A stretch of 64,000 bases of DNA from the NCBI GenBank assembly GCA_963798085.1, contig CAWCRS010000003.1, positions 768,001 through 832,000 of the forward strand. The letters are read 5' to 3'. The notes under the pieces were generated by a model, which saw nothing but the letters and a program-made list of their open reading frames with translations, did no database searches and had not been told where the DNA came from. Below, piece by piece: positions 1 through 9,123 of the stretch. Position 1 is the stretch's first letter; the number at the start of each line of letters is the position of its first letter. A program made the position numbers and the translations under genes. Source of the DNA: an uncultured Gemmatimonadales bacterium. GTDB taxonomy: Bacteria > Gemmatimonadota > Gemmatimonadetes > Longimicrobiales > RSA9.

Positions 1-14
1 GGAATTCTCTCTGA

Positions 15-352
15 TCAGGTCTGCATGTTGATCACCGTGCGGTATGCCTCGGTGATCTTGTTGCGGATCTCGATGAGCAACTCGAGGGCGAGGCCGGCTT
101 CTTCACTCGCCGCCATCACATCGTGCAGTTCCACGGGATCGCCACGCACGAACGCGGCAATCGCGTCGCTCGCCGTGTCCTGCAGCTCACTCACTTCTCC
201 AATCGCCTGCTTGAGCGCGTCGCCGAACGAAGGGCCGGGCGTGAAGCCCAGCTCCAGCTTGCGGAAATCCTGCGGCCGCGGACCGCCGACGCCCTGCGGA
301 CCCTGCAGCGTGCCGCCACTCTGCACCGCGCCCACACCCTGATCGCGCTCAT
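15..352 (-). CDS. fliE: Flagellar hook-basal body protein FliE (apparent 1-nt deletion near codon 5)
   Basis: C-terminal part of ORF 15..659 is FliE-like (SFGDALKQAI...LHDVMAASEEA...IRNKITEAYRTVINMQT). ATG at 352 reads MSAI and joins the QGVGAVQ frame if one C is restored (ATC CAG). In-frame alternative start is GTG at 335. Confidence 0.88.
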
Positions 353-354
353 GC

Positions 355-687
355 TCAGACCGTCCGATCAATGCGCGCGCCGCGCACCAGGCCCGGCGGA
401 ATGTTGGCGCTGCCCGGTCCGTAGGTGAGCGGCCCCGACGACTGCAGCCGCGAGAAGAACTGCCGCTCCTCCGCCGACAGCACACTCCACAGCTCGGGAT
501 CCGTGCCCGGCGGCGCTTCCGCCGGAATCGCGCCATTGTCGGCGACGATGCCCGTCGGTGTCTGCTTCGTTGCCGGCACATTCGCCGGCAGCCGCTGCAG
601 CCCCGTCGACTCCGGCCTCGCCGGCCGAGGCCCGATGCCGCCCGGCCCGTAGCTGCCAAACCCGCCGTTAACCCCCTGAATCGCCAC
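355..687 (-). CDS. Hypothetical protein within the flagellar operon
   Basis: 110-aa ORF with RBS GAGGAG before GTG. Lies between flgC and fliE and stops 2 nt before the fliE ATG. Confidence 0.75.
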   Translation of the reverse strand: MAIQGVNGGFGSYGPGGIGPRPARPESTGLQRLPANVPATKQTPTGIVADNGAIPAEAPPGTDPELWSVLSAEERQFFSRLQSSGPLTYGPGSANIPPGLVRGARIDRTV

Positions 688-789
688 TGTTGCTCCTCGT
701 TCCTTCGTCTGCCTTACAGTCTGTTATGGCAATCCCGCGCGCCCGTCTCTCTCGTTTCCTTCTGCCCGACATTGCGTTTCTGGTTCAAT

Positions 790-840
790 CTGTTCCCCAG
801 CCCCAGCCCGAGCCCCAGAAACGTTTCTGCCGTTTCCGTT
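790..840. repeat. GC-rich CCCAG-type low-complexity repeat (family 2) downstream of flgC
   Basis: CTGTTCCCCAGCCCCAGCCCGAGCCCCAG resembles the repeats at 43869-44075 and 50152-50194. Confidence 0.5.
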
Positions 841-1365
841 CAGATCTGCGTCGCCCGCTGCAGCATGTTCTTGATCGCCTGGAACACCGTCGCGTTCGCT
901 TCGTACATGCGCCTCGACTCCATCAGGCGAACCGTCTCCTGCGTCAGGTCGACATTGGGCATGTGCACGTAGCCATTGGCGTCGGCGTCCGGGTGGCCCG
1001 GGTCATAGACCATGGGTCCGTGCGTCTGGTCCTGCGCAATGCCCGTCACCGCCACACCGCCTTCCTGCTCCACCTGCGGCAGCGGCAGTTCGCCTGCCAG
1101 CTCGCCCGACGGGTAGAATGCGACCCGCCTCGAGATAGCCCGCCTGCGGCACGTAGACCTGCTCCGCCAGCTGCGCCTCGCGCCGCTGATACGGTCCGCC
1201 CTGCGGCGTGCGCGTGGTCTCGGCGTTGGCAATGTTCGAGACGATCATGTCAATGCGCTGCCGCTGCGCGCTCAGTCCGCTCGCCGAAATGCTCAGCGAA
1301 CGGAACATCGGGCGGATCGCGCCCGGCAGCTGCATCAGCGAAGCACCGATACGACGAATGTCCAT
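840..1365 (-). pseudogene. flgC: Flagellar basal-body rod protein FlgC, frameshifted at ~1125 (probably a sequencing indel)
   Basis: N-half in ORF 1003..1365 (SLSISASGLSAQRQRIDMIVSNIANAETTRTP). C-half in ORF 840..1232 (YDPGHPDADANGYVHMPNVD...RMYEANAT). One extra G in a G run would explain the shift. Confidence 0.9.
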
Positions 1366-1367
1366 GA

Positions 1368-1688
1368 CTAGCGCTCCCGTACGCTCGAGCGTACCTGCGT
1401 ATACGTCTGCTGCAGCAGCCGGGTCAGTGCCTCGTACCGGATCTGCTCATCCGCCAGCGACACCATCTCCTGCTCCACATCGACGCCTTCTTCCGGCAGT
1501 CCCGCATTCGCCGCGTTCGCGGGATTCGCGGGATCCGCCGTCTGCGCCGCGTTCAGCGCGCCCGCGAAGCCCGGCGTCGAGGCATTCGCCACGCGATGCG
1601 CAATGCCACGCGCTCGCGCACTCGAAGCATCGAGGCCGCTCCTGAGCAGCGCAGCTGCGGACTCCGGTCCCATCAGCCGTGTGAACAT
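1368..1688 (-). CDS. flgB: Flagellar basal-body rod protein FlgB
   Basis: LDASSARARGIAHRVANASTPGF and VDVEQEMVSLADEQIRYEAL motifs; directly upstream of flgC; RBS GGAGG. Confidence 0.85.
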   Translation of the reverse strand: MFTRLMGPESAAALLRSGLDASSARARGIAHRVANASTPGFAGALNAAQTADPANPANAANAGLPEEGVDVEQEMVSLADEQIRYEALTRLLQQTYTQVRSSVRER

Positions 1689-1725
1689 CGTCGTTCATCC
1701 TCCGAACAGTCGCCATCCCCCGAAG

Positions 1726-1740
1726 GCAAGCGCCATTCCA
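1726..1740 (-). promoter_or_regulatory. sigma54 (-24/-12) promoter of the flgB operon
   Basis: Minus strand TGGAATGGCGCTTGC has GG-N10-GC spacing, ~40 nt upstream of flgB. Confidence 0.75.
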
Positions 1741-1859
1741 GTGGGCAGAAACCGCGGCGGCAACTCCTGGCATCCGCCGGAAGTCGCCGCATGGCAACAC
1801 GTTGCGGGTTCAGACATGGCGCCATCACAAGCCCCGCCAAACAGCCGGTTCCCACGAAT

Positions 1860-1878
1860 GGCGGCAAGTTCTGCCGCC
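1860..1878. promoter_or_regulatory. Candidate enhancer-binding-protein site
   Basis: Palindrome GGCGGCA-N5-TGCCGCC ~120-140 bp upstream of the sigma54 promoter, with similar half sites at ~1756, ~1895 and ~1970. Confidence 0.45.
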
Positions 1879-2434
1879 TCCAGACGGGTCGTTCTTGCCG
1901 GTTGAGGCAGACGCGAGGCTGCTGCGGCGAGGCAGACTCCGGCCGGTTGTTTGCTTGTCGCTGATCTTCCTGCCGGTATCGTGGTTCCGCGCGAACGACT
2001 AACGGAATACTTCATCATCACACGGAGGCATCGGGGGGCGGAGGGGCGCTGCTGTGGCGTGAGGGCTGAACCGCAGCGGACCGGTTGTGATGGGTTGCCT
2101 GCTGGGATTGAAGGCGATTTCGTGCGGTGTTCTGCTGCAGGCGCATCGCTGTGATTTCAAACGATCCGGACTGTCGCTGAATTCCTCCGATCAACCGCCT
2201 CGATCACTCGATCGAGCAGTGCCCGATCCGCGCCTCGTGCGATTTCCTTGTCGTGCGTTCACGCCCCGGGGCCACGCAGCCGCAATCCGTCCCCCGTGTC
2301 CCCCGTCCCTCCGACCACCTCAGTGTGATGATGCAGTTATCCGTTTCCGCACCAGATCACATCTCGGCAAGACGTCGCCGCCATGCCGCTTACACCAGGA
2401 CTCACTGCATCCTCGAGCCACGCCCCAGACACCT

Positions 2435-3836
2435 TCAAGCCTCCCCCACAACCTCGTCTTCGAGGCCGTCGGGGCGATTGAGCTTGTTGCGCAGTGTCCG
2501 GACGCTGATGCCGAGCAGGGTGGCGGCGCGGGTGCGATTCTGTTTCGCGGTCTCGAGCGCGGTCTCGATGAGACGGCGTTCGGCCTCTGCGATATTCAGT
2601 GTGGACAGCACCACCGCGTCTTCAATGCCCGTGTGTCTGGTCCGTGCGGGACGCGCCTCGGCCATGACGTGCGTGGTACCGGGCAGATCGAAGGCGTCGG
2701 GCCCGATCACTGTCGTGCGCGTCATGATCACGGCGCGCTCAATGGCGTGCGCCAGCTCGCGGACATTGCCGGGCCAGGCGTGTGCGCGCAGCCGTTCCAT
2801 CGCTTCTGCTGACACGCCGGTTATTTCGCGCCCGGATTCCTGGGCGGCGCGGGTCACGAAGTGCTGCACCAGTGCGGGCAGGTCTTCCAGTCGCTCGCGC
2901 AGTGGCGGCACGCGGATCTGCACGACGCCCAGACGATAGTAGAGGTCTTCGCGGAAGCGGCCTTCCTGGATCTCGCGGCGCAGGTCGCAGTTGGTCGTTG
3001 CGATCACGCGCACGTCGACGCGTACGGGCGAGTGCCCGCCCACGCGCTCGAACTCCTGTTCCTGCAGCACGCGCAGCAGCTTCGGCCTGCAGGTCGAGAC
3101 GCATCTCGCTCACTTCATCCAGCAGCAGCGTGCCGCGGTGCGCCCGCTCGAACACAGCCTTGGTCTGGCGGATCGCGCCTGTGAAGGCGCCGCGCTCGTG
3201 GCCGAACAGCGTGCTTTCCACCAGGGCTTCCGGCAGTGCGGCGCAGTTGATCGCGATGAACGGACCATTGCGCCGGTCGCTCCGTTCGTGAATGCCCCTC
3301 GCCAGCAGTTCCTTGCCGGTACCGGATTCGCCGTGCAGGAGCACGGTGGCGCGCGCCGTGGCCACGGTCTCCATGGCTTCCACCACCTGCTGCAGCGCTT
3401 CGCTCTCGCCCACGATGGTGCGCTCGGCGCGCTCGCTCACGCGTGCGCGGAGGCGCGCGGTCTCTTTCCGCAGGCGGTTCGATTCAATGGCCTGGTTGAC
3501 CACGACCAGCAGCTGGTCCGAGCGAATCGGCTTGGACAGATAGTCCACCGCGCCCGCCTTCATGGACAACACCGCGTGCTCCACACTCGGCGCGCCGGTC
3601 AGCATGATGAGCGGCACCGTGGCGCCGTTCTGGGTCAGGTAATGCAGGAATTCGAGGCCCGAGCTGTCGGGCAGGCGATAGTCGGATACAATGAGATCCA
3701 CCGTCTCGGCTTCCAGCACATCGATTGCCGACTCCACATCGGCCGCCGTGAGCGCGCGGTGGCCGGCGCCGGCCAGCGTCCGCCGCAGAACGGAGAGCAC
3801 TGCGGGTTCGTCATCGACACAGAGAATCGTCGCCAT
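2435..3836 (-). pseudogene. sigma54-dependent response regulator (REC-AAA+-HTH, NtrC/FleR-like), frameshifted at ~3085 (probably a sequencing indel)
   Basis: REC (ILCVDDE), Walker A GESGTGKE, GAFTGA and LLLDEVSEM lie in ORF 2739..3836. LQE...REDLYYRL, WPGNVREL and a Fis-type HTH lie in ORF 2435..3070. The conserved LQAKLLRVLQE is broken by one extra base. Confidence 0.9.
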
Positions 3837-3882
3837 TCGCTTCCGTCGGGCTCAGGATCTCGAAGATCCTTTGCATCCGGTC

Positions 3883-3909
3883 TCAAGTTTCAATCGGCGC
3901 CGCCGAGAA
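3883..3909 (+). promoter_or_regulatory. sigma28 (FliA)-type promoter of flgL-fliW
   Basis: TCAAG-N14-GCCGAGAA, 45 nt upstream of flgL. Confidence 0.7.
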
Positions 3910-3954
3910 TACCGGCCAGATGGACCGGTTCTGTCTCAGGCAACGCGAGGATCC

Positions 3955-4836
3955 GTGAGGATCACAAATCAGATCATCGATCGCCGCGCGCTCGAGGCCA
4001 TTCAGCACAACATGTCTGGTCTCGCGGAGGCGCAGTCACGCGTGTCAACGGGTACGCGTGTGCATACTGCTTCGGACGACCCTTCGGCTTACGTCGGCAT
4101 TCAGACCGCCGACCGCCGGCTGGCCGCCCTCGATCAGTATCGACGCAACATCAGTTCGGCAGGAGCCCGCCTTTCTACCGAAGAAGGCGTACTCGATCAG
4201 GTGACGGACCTGCTGACCCGCGCGCGCGAGGTTGCCACATCGCAGGCGGCGTCGAACGGCACAACCTCCACCCGCCTCGTCGCCAAGTCCGAAGTCGATC
4301 AGCTGCTTTCCGAGGTAGTGGCACTCGGCAACACGCGTCAGAGCAACGCCTTCCTCTTCGGTGGGGATTTTGCCGACAGTGCGCCCTTCACCACGGCAGG
4401 CGTGGCCAACCCGAACCGGCCGCCAGCCGGCGGCGGCAGTGTCGAGTACGGCGATGGCCAGACCATGACCGTGAACCATGACGGTACGCAGGTCTTCCTC
4501 GACACCGGCGTCATTGCGTCGCTGCAGCAGCTCTCCACTGCGCTCGGCACGGATGACACCGCCGGCATTGCCGCCTCGCTGACCAGTCTGTCTGCGAGCT
4601 TCGACGGCGTGCAGGGCCTGCTGGGCGAGGTTGGAGCGCGCACGCGGCAGCTGGACACCGCGTCGGCCAACATCGATTCCCTCCAGAATACGCTCCAGAC
4701 CCAGCGGTCCGACCTCAGTGATGCCGATATTGAGAAGGCAGTGTCGGATCTCGCCAGCCGCCAGACCGCCTATCAGGCGGCTCTGCTGGCCACGGCGCGC
4801 CTGAATTCGCTCTCGCTAACGGACTATTTGCGATGA
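3955..4836 (+). CDS. flgL: Flagellar hook-associated protein FlgL
   Basis: GTG start after GAGG. Flagellin-like N-terminus (VSTGTRVHTASDDPSA) and the FlgL C-terminus (TAYQAALLATARLNSLSLTDYLR). Confidence 0.9.
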   Translation: MRITNQIIDRRALEAIQHNMSGLAEAQSRVSTGTRVHTASDDPSAYVGIQTADRRLAALDQYRRNISSAGARLSTEEGVLDQVTDLLTRAREVATSQAASNGTTSTRLVAKSEVDQLLSEVVALGNTRQSNAFLFGGDFADSAPFTTAGVANPNRPPAGGGSVEYGDGQTMTVNHDGTQVFLDTGVIASLQQLSTALGTDDTAGIAASLTSLSASFDGVQGLLGEVGARTRQLDTASANIDSLQNTLQTQRSDLSDADIEKAVSDLASRQTAYQAALLATARLNSLSLTDYLR

Positions 4837-5297
4837 ACGTAAGGAGTGAGGTCGCCGCCGCCGCCACGCTGGATGCGCAGCGTGGTGACGCCGGAGCGCC
4901 GCTCGCCATGCCCATCGAATTCGATCGTGGCCTTTTCGGTTTTCCCCAGGCTACCTCTTTCCTGCTCGCACCCACGTCGCGCGAAGGCTTCTACTGGCTG
5001 CAGTCGACCGAGCACGACGCGCTCTGCTTCGTGCTGGCCGATCCCTTCGTGTTCTTCCGTGGCTATGTCGTGGACCTGCCGGACATCGAGGCCGCGTACC
5101 TGGGCGCTAAGGTGCCCGGCAATGTGGTGATTCTCGTGACCGTGACGCTGCCTGATGGCAGCGGTCGCGCCGCATCGGCGAATCTGCAGGGTCCCATCGC
5201 CATCAACGTGCGCAACCGCGTCGGCCGCCAGGTGATCCTGAATCAGCCCGGCTTCGGTGTACGCGAGCCGTTCGACATGACCGTGCGTCAGGGCTGA
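4833..5297 (+). CDS. fliW: Flagellar assembly factor FliW
   Basis: FDRGLFGFP, FYWLQS, LADPFVFF and ANLQGPIAIN...GRQVIL motifs; ATGA overlap with flgL. Confidence 0.9.
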   Translation: MNVRSEVAAAATLDAQRGDAGAPLAMPIEFDRGLFGFPQATSFLLAPTSREGFYWLQSTEHDALCFVLADPFVFFRGYVVDLPDIEAAYLGAKVPGNVVILVTVTLPDGSGRAASANLQGPIAINVRNRVGRQVILNQPGFGVREPFDMTVRQG

Positions 5298-5326
5298 TCG
5301 CAGACGCGAGAGGCGAGCGCAGCAGA

Positions 5327-5358
5327 AAGGGGCGGCTGGTTCATTCCGGCCGCCCCTT
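5327..5358 (+). terminator. Hairpin after fliW
   Basis: AAGGGGCGGCTGG-loop-CCGGCCGCCCCTT stem. Confidence 0.55.
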
Positions 5359-5537
5359 CACGCATTCCGGCCCGGCGTACACCGGCAGTATCGCGGCCGC
5401 AGCCGGCTGCGCATCTTCGTCGCGGCCTGCGCTCGGGTCTGAACCTCGAGTTGATCGCGGCAGTGTCTGAGGCGACTCCCGGCACAACCTGAAGGCAGGT
5501 CGCAGAAGACTGTTGTGTCCCTCGATCCGTGGAGGCG

Positions 5538-6670
5538 ATGATGCTACTCAACTACCTCGACAGCGCCATCGGTTTCGCCGTGATCATGCTGCTGCTGAGT
5601 CTGCTGATCACTGTGTTCGTGCAGGCGCTCGTCGTCGCGCTCGGGCTGCGCGGCATCGCGCTTCGAAAGGGCGTCGCACTCCTGCTGGACCAGTTCGCAG
5701 ACCTCGGCCCCGGCCTGAAGGACCGGGCCGAGGACATTGCCGATGGCGTCCTCAACCACCCCGCCATCCGGCGGCAGGGTTGGTTTCTCACTTCGCTGTG
5801 GCAGCGAGCGAGCGACATCCGCAAGGACGAACTTCTCGCGCTTCTCTCGAATGCCGATGCCATTGCAGACATGCCCGGACTCGATAAGGAGAAGGACACC
5901 ATCGCCGCGGCGGTGAAAGCGAAGCAGGATGCGCTCGAGACGTGGTTCGACCACGTCATGGATCGCACGACCGAGCGCTTCGTTTCCTGGACCCGTGGCA
6001 TCTCGCTCGCCGCGGCACTCCTGCTCGCGCTCTTCCTTCAGGTCGATTCCATTGCGCTGATCAAGCGCATCCAGTCGGACAGCACGCTGCGTGCGAAGCT
6101 CGTCGGCCTGGCGCCCACCGTCCTTGCGCTCGCCGACACCGTGGACCAGGGCCGCTATGTCGCCACCGCCGCGCTCGACAGTCTGCGAAACAGTCGGGAC
6201 CAGGTCATTCGCACGGCCGTTGCCGCGAAGCACGACTCGCTCGCGACCCGCGATCAGGGCCGAGTCTTCCTCATCAACAACGTGAGCGACAGCACAAGGC
6301 GAGCGACAGCCCTCAAGACGTACGAGGCGAGGTTCGACTCCATTCCTCGAATCGGCGCCTGGCAAGACTCGACTCCACCAGCAAACGCATTCTCACGACA
6401 CTCGGCGATTCCCTGCCCGGCGTCTTCCACCTGCCGCCCGCGCTGCCCGCATGGCCATGGAACGGGATGCAGCTTCTGGGCATCCTCCTCAGCGCGGTCC
6501 TCATCAGCCTGGGCGCGCCCTTCTGGTACAACCTGCTGCGCCAGGCCACCAACCTCCGCCCCATTGTCGCGGGCAAGATCGACGAGCAGCAGTCGCAAGA
6601 GGCGTCACAGCAGGGCGCAAGCGCCATAGCAGACACAGCCGCGACAGCGGCCGGCAACCCGAACGCCTGA
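5538..6670 (+). pseudogene. Uncharacterised membrane protein (LDSAIG...WFD...SLGAPFW type), frameshifted at ~6345 (probably a sequencing indel)
   Basis: RBS GGAGG. N-part in ORF 5529..6629 has TM helices and WFDHVMDRTTERF. C-part in ORF 5942..6670 has LGILLSAVLISLGAPFWYNLL. Confidence 0.75.
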
Positions 6671-6705
6671 CCGGCGTGTGAGACTGTGGCAGCCTGGATG
6701 CGAGA

Positions 6706-6734
6706 AACGCCCGGCGCAAGCAGCGCCGGGCGTT
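6706..6734. terminator. Bidirectional terminator-like hairpin
   Basis: Perfect 12-bp stem AACGCCCGGCGC/GCGCCGGGCGTT between convergent genes. Confidence 0.65.
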
Positions 6735-6758
6735 CCCCGAACAACACGTTAGCAAGCG

Positions 6759-8936
6759 CTACGCCGCCCGGTGCTCGCCGGCGGAAGTGCTGCGCGCCGA
6801 GAAGCGCGAGACCGACAGCAGCTCGTTGACATTGAGGATCAGACCTACGCGGCCATCGCCCAGAATGGCGCCGCCGCTGATGCCGCTGATCTTGCCCACG
6901 CCGGCGCCCAGAGCCTTGGCCACCACCTGCTGCTGCCCCAGCAGCTCGTCCACCAGCAGCGCAGTGCGCCGTTCGCCGCTCACCACCACCAACAGCAGCG
7001 CTTCCGTCGGATCCGTGGCCGCACCCGGCACGCCCAGCACTTCGTGCAGCCGCAGAATGGGCAGCACCTGGTCGCGCAGCAGCACCATTTCACCGCGGCC
7101 GGCAACCGTCGACAGTGACTCGCGTGCCGGCCGGAAGCTGAGATCAATGCTGACCGTCGGCACGATGTATCGCTCACTGCCCACGCGCACGAGCATGCCG
7201 TCTGTTATGGCAAGCGTGAGCGGCAGGCTGATCGTGAACGTCGTGCCGCGGCCTGCCGCGGAAACGATCTCGATGCGGCCGTGCAGCGCTTCGACATTGC
7301 GCCGCACCACGTCCAGGCCTACGCCGCGACCGGAAAGATCGGTGACCGTTTCGACTGTCGACAAACCGGGCGCGAAGATCAGCTTGTGGATCTCGCTGTC
7401 CGCGGGTACGTGGTCTTCGGCAATGAGTCCGCGCGCTACCGCCTGGGCGCGGATGCGCTCGCGATCGAGCCCGCGGCCGTCGTCCCCCAGTGTCAGCACG
7501 ACACTGCCACCCGCGTGCTTCGCGGTCAGCCGCACTGTGCCGCGCGCCGGCTTGCCAGCCTGCTGGCGCTCCGCCCCGGACTCGAGTCCGTGATCCACCG
7601 CGTTGCGCAGCATGTGTACGAGCGCATCGCCGATCATCTCCACCATGTTGCGGTCGAGCTCGGTGTCCTCGCCTTCGGTCACGAACTCCACCCACTTGCC
7701 GCTCTTCCGGGCTGTGTCGCGACACAGTCGCGCCAGCTTCTGGAACAGCGCCTTCATGGGCACCAGGCGCATCGTCATGCCCAGGTCCTGCAGCTCGCGC
7801 ACGATCTTGCCCGCGTGCGTGACCTTGCGGCTCAGGCCGTCGCCCTGCGCGACGGAATCGGCTTCGGCGATCATCGCGTGCGCGATCACCAGCTCGCCGA
7901 TCGCGTCGAGCAGCCGGTCCAGCCGGTCGGTGCGCACCCGCGTGAACGGCTCCGCACTGCCCTCCATCGCAGCGGGCGAGCTGGCTTCCACCCCACGGGA
8001 CGCCTCGCCGGCCGACTTCGCCTGCGCTCGGGTCGCCGCCGCAACATCGGCGTTGCTCTCTGCCAATGCCGCGGCTTCCAGCTCGGCCAGCAGCTCGGCA
8101 TAACCCTGTGTTGGCTGCGCGCCCGGGCGCCGCGCTCCGCCCACGCCCCGCACCAGCGCGCCCAGCATGTCGACCGACCGCAGCGCCAGGTCCGCGACCG
8201 CGCCCTCCAGCTTCAGCGTGCGATCGCGCACACGGCTCAGCAGCGACTCGGCACGGTGCGCCAGCTCGCAGGTCTTCTCCAGGCCCAGGAATGCGCTCGT
8301 GCCCTTGATCGTGTGGAAACACCGGAAAATGCCGTTGATCGATTCGACGTCGAAGCTGCCCGATTCGAGCTGCAGCAGCGACTCCTCCGCGCTGCGCAGG
8401 TACTCATCGCTTTCCGCGATGAATCCCTCGATCAGCTCGGCGTCATTCTCGGGTTGTGTCTCCGCGGCCCGCCCGGCCGGCGTCCGTTCCGCGAGGGCCG
8501 GCGCCACCACCACCGCTGAAGGCGCTCGTGCGGCCGCTTCCGCCGCCTCCTCCGCATCCAGCGCGGCCAGTGCGGCGAGCATCAGCGGATCAATGGCGAA
8601 GCCTGCCGGCGCGGCGCTCGCGGGAGCACTCCCCACCCACAGATCGTCGGCCTCGTCGTCGCCTGCAACCGTTCCGGCAACTTCCTGTTGCTGCATGGCC
8701 GCTTCCAGGCAGCGACCTGCCTCGGCCAGTGCCGCGTCGCCATCCATTCCGCGCAGCAGACCACCGAGCGCGGCAGCGGCCGCCTCGACCTTCGTGGATG
8801 CACTTCCGGCCTTGCGCGCCAGGCGCTTCAGCCGATCGCGCAGCTTGCGAACACCAATGTTATCAGAAGCCACGAGCTGCATCAGCTCGACGGCCGCGTC
8901 ATCCAGCGTGCATCCGGACCTGGCCATTGCTCGCAT
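6759..8936 (-). CDS. cheA: Chemotaxis histidine kinase CheA
   Basis: Hpt (IFRCFHTIKG), dimerisation (RVRTDRLDRLLDAIGEL), HATPase (HMLRNAVDHG, DDGRG, SGRGVGLDVV) and C-terminal CheW domains. Start uncertain: the 8981 ATG overlaps the predicted promoter. Confidence 0.93.
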   Translation of the reverse strand: MRAMARSGCTLDDAAVELMQLVASDNIGVRKLRDRLKRLARKAGSASTKVEAAAAALGGLLRGMDGDAALAEAGRCLEAAMQQQEVAGTVAGDDEADDLWVGSAPASAAPAGFAIDPLMLAALAALDAEEAAEAAARAPSAVVVAPALAERTPAGRAAETQPENDAELIEGFIAESDEYLRSAEESLLQLESGSFDVESINGIFRCFHTIKGTSAFLGLEKTCELAHRAESLLSRVRDRTLKLEGAVADLALRSVDMLGALVRGVGGARRPGAQPTQGYAELLAELEAAALAESNADVAAATRAQAKSAGEASRGVEASSPAAMEGSAEPFTRVRTDRLDRLLDAIGELVIAHAMIAEADSVAQGDGLSRKVTHAGKIVRELQDLGMTMRLVPMKALFQKLARLCRDTARKSGKWVEFVTEGEDTELDRNMVEMIGDALVHMLRNAVDHGLESGAERQQAGKPARGTVRLTAKHAGGSVVLTLGDDGRGLDRERIRAQAVARGLIAEDHVPADSEIHKLIFAPGLSTVETVTDLSGRGVGLDVVRRNVEALHGRIEIVSAAGRGTTFTISLPLTLAITDGMLVRVGSERYIVPTVSIDLSFRPARESLSTVAGRGEMVLLRDQVLPILRLHEVLGVPGAATDPTEALLLVVVSGERRTALLVDELLGQQQVVAKALGAGVGKISGISGGAILGDGRVGLILNVNELLSVSRFSARSTSAGEHRAA

Positions 8937-8980
8937 GTCTGTTGGACACGCACTCGCCCGCTGCGACGAGTGCGCCCTCA

Positions 8981-9007
8981 TTTTCGACCATGGAGGAGGT
9001 TACTTGA
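8981..9007 (-). promoter_or_regulatory. sigma28-type promoter of cheA
   Basis: Minus strand TCAAG-N14-GTCGAAAA, the same architecture as the flgL promoter. The -35 lies within a duplicated 10-mer (CCTCAAGTAA x2). Confidence 0.6.
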
Positions 9008-9080
9008 GGTTACTTGAGGCAGGACGGGCGGAAAATGGCGCAACCACTCCGCGTGCGGGACGCTGCGCGACCGGCCTCGC

Positions 9081-9113
9081 CTGACGCCGGCCTCATTGCG
9101 GGGCCGGCGTCAG
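9081..9113 (-). terminator. Hairpin downstream of the Gly-rich gene
   Basis: CTGACGCCGGCCTC/GGGGCCGGCGTCAG stem 10 nt after the stop. Confidence 0.55.
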
Positions 9114-9123
9114 CGTCTGCCGC

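Noticed and set aside
1900..2430. Small genes or ncRNA in the long flgB-activator spacer
   Set aside because: The ORFs lack an RBS and typical codon bias, and no RNA family was recognisable by eye.
1100..3100. Programmed ribosomal frameshifting in flgC and the activator
   Set aside because: No slippery heptamers are present, and the shifts coincide with short homopolymers, as expected for sequencing indels.
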